This document shows positions 62,457 through 64,000 of a DNA stretch of 64,000 nucleotides, piece by piece. Source of the stretch: Callorhinchus milii (Eukaryota); the NCBI RefSeq assembly GCF_018977255.1, contig NW_024704762.1, positions 10,168,001 to 10,232,000 of the forward strand, in the 5' to 3' direction. The stretch's first letter is position 1, and each line of letters begins with the position of its first letter. Both the position numbers and the translations under genes were made by a program. Below the pieces are notes generated by a model that worked only from the letters and a program-made list of their open reading frames with translations, ran no database searches and was not told the DNA's origin.

Positions 62457-64000
62457 ACAGGACTCTACAGGATTCTCGTCCTCACCTTTAAAGCCCTCCG
62501 AGGCCTCGCTCCTCCCTACCTCTTTGACCTACAACAACAACTTGGATTTATATAGCGCCCTCCACGCCGGATGGCGTCTCAGAGCGCTTTACAGTTTAGG
62601 ATCTCGGGACCGAGCCGGGGGGAGGAGGAGGAGCCGGGGGGAGGGGGGGAAGGTGACCAAAGGCACGGTCGAAAGGTCTTCAGCAGAGAAATCCTACCAA
62701 AACCTCGCCAACCCGTCCACTCCCTCCGCTCGGTGGGCACTGGTCTGCTCCACGTCCCCCGCCCTGTGTGCTGGAGCAACGCTCTGAGCAAGGCTGAGGG
62801 GGTGGCTGTAATCTTAATTTAACCTTTTCCCACCAACCACTACCCACCTGCCCACACCCTGGCTCAGTGTCAGATCAAATGCCGTGGGCCTGACGGATGC
62901 TGTGTAAATACACACACACACAACACACACACACACATACGCACAGCATCAATTGGTCTATGTTACCAAACTTCCAACACAGTTTAAAATTAGCTCAGTG
63001 TTGTTTTCCCTTCACAGTGATTCAGTTCATTTACTGAGGAAGCTTGAGTCCCAGTAAAAGGATCTGAATGATGCCTCTTGTTCTGTGTCATGGAGGGTTT
63101 CACCTGGATTGCACCAAAAATAGATGGCACGCCTCTTCCCACAGACGCCTAGAATAGCTTCCCTCACGCTCTTGTTCACTCGCTTGCTCTCTCACTCACT
63201 CACTAACTCACTCGCTCCTGCCCTTTATCACTCACTCCACATTAAACTCCATCATCAAGCCATTGGGGATTGGCCAGTGCTCCCTTCCCAGATGTTCCAG
63301 TGTCTCCCACGCTGGGTGATGTAACAGCTGGAACATCTGGGAAGGAGAGGGGGGGTTGCTCACAGAGGTGAAGGGGAGAATAATGCAATTGCTTTAAAGC
63401 ATTCCTTGTGCTAATTAATTAAGAGAAGGAATGTCTTCAGCATTGACCCGATGTCGTCCATCTCTTCAGTCCGGTGACCAGCTGAGCAGGAGACTGGGCT
63501 GTGTGTGGGTGTGAGTGAGTGAGAGTGAGTTCCAAGGGAGTCAGTCTCTCCGCTAACTTATTCATTCTTCTTTGCGCTCAACTCGGTGGTTGAGGGGCAA
63601 AGACACAGAAGCACCGGCTGGCAATGTGCCGCGAAGTGAATGTTGTCTGGGAATTGTTGGCCAGGACACCGGGAGAGCGAGAGAGGAGAGAGAGAGAGAG
63701 ATAGAGAGAGAAAAAAGGAAACCCCCTTCTCTTTTCCAAAAGTGCCGCGGGATTGTTACCGGTTTAGCCGAGGCTCAGTCGCTCCGGTCTCCGCCAGCCA
63801 CAGACACGTGACACAGAGCCACAGCGACGGAGTGATTGACACCTGAACGTCCCTTTACCGTCCCAGCCCCCATCATTACCATCAGGCATAGGATGACAAA
63901 GGGAAGATCATAAGCCACATGAGGAACCATCACACTATGAAGTCCTCGCTCTCCTCCTTCAGCTCTCAGCGTAACTCATTCGCTCCCTTCATCTCCTGGA

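Overview
Repeat-rich, partly gapped vertebrate genomic DNA, most likely from a cartilaginous fish (inferred from the tRNA/Deu-type SINE, L2 and CR1 content). All genes are on the minus strand. From right to left: KLF16 (2 coding exons, 57188-51492), BTBD2 (8 coding exons, 44985-31753), two tandem selectin-like genes, and the 5' part of ARHGAP45/HMHA1 with two alternative first coding exons. KLF16, BTBD2 and ARHGAP45 are also linked on human 19p13.3. The main finding is the selectin-like pair: copy B (26705-21692, 394 aa) and copy A (20008-12303, 389 aa). Each was assembled by hand as 8 coding exons with GT-AG introns and consistent phases: signal peptide, C-type lectin, EGF, two CCP/sushi domains, TM, a 25-nt micro-exon and a tail exon. 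The ectodomains differ at only 3 residues, but the last-exon tails are only 29/55 identical. Both tails end in DIYENL, and only copy B has an ITIM-consensus LLYTNV. This looks like a paired, signalling selectin-like receptor system outside the known SELL/SELE/SELP locus. Gene identities rest on recalled protein sequences; no searches were run.
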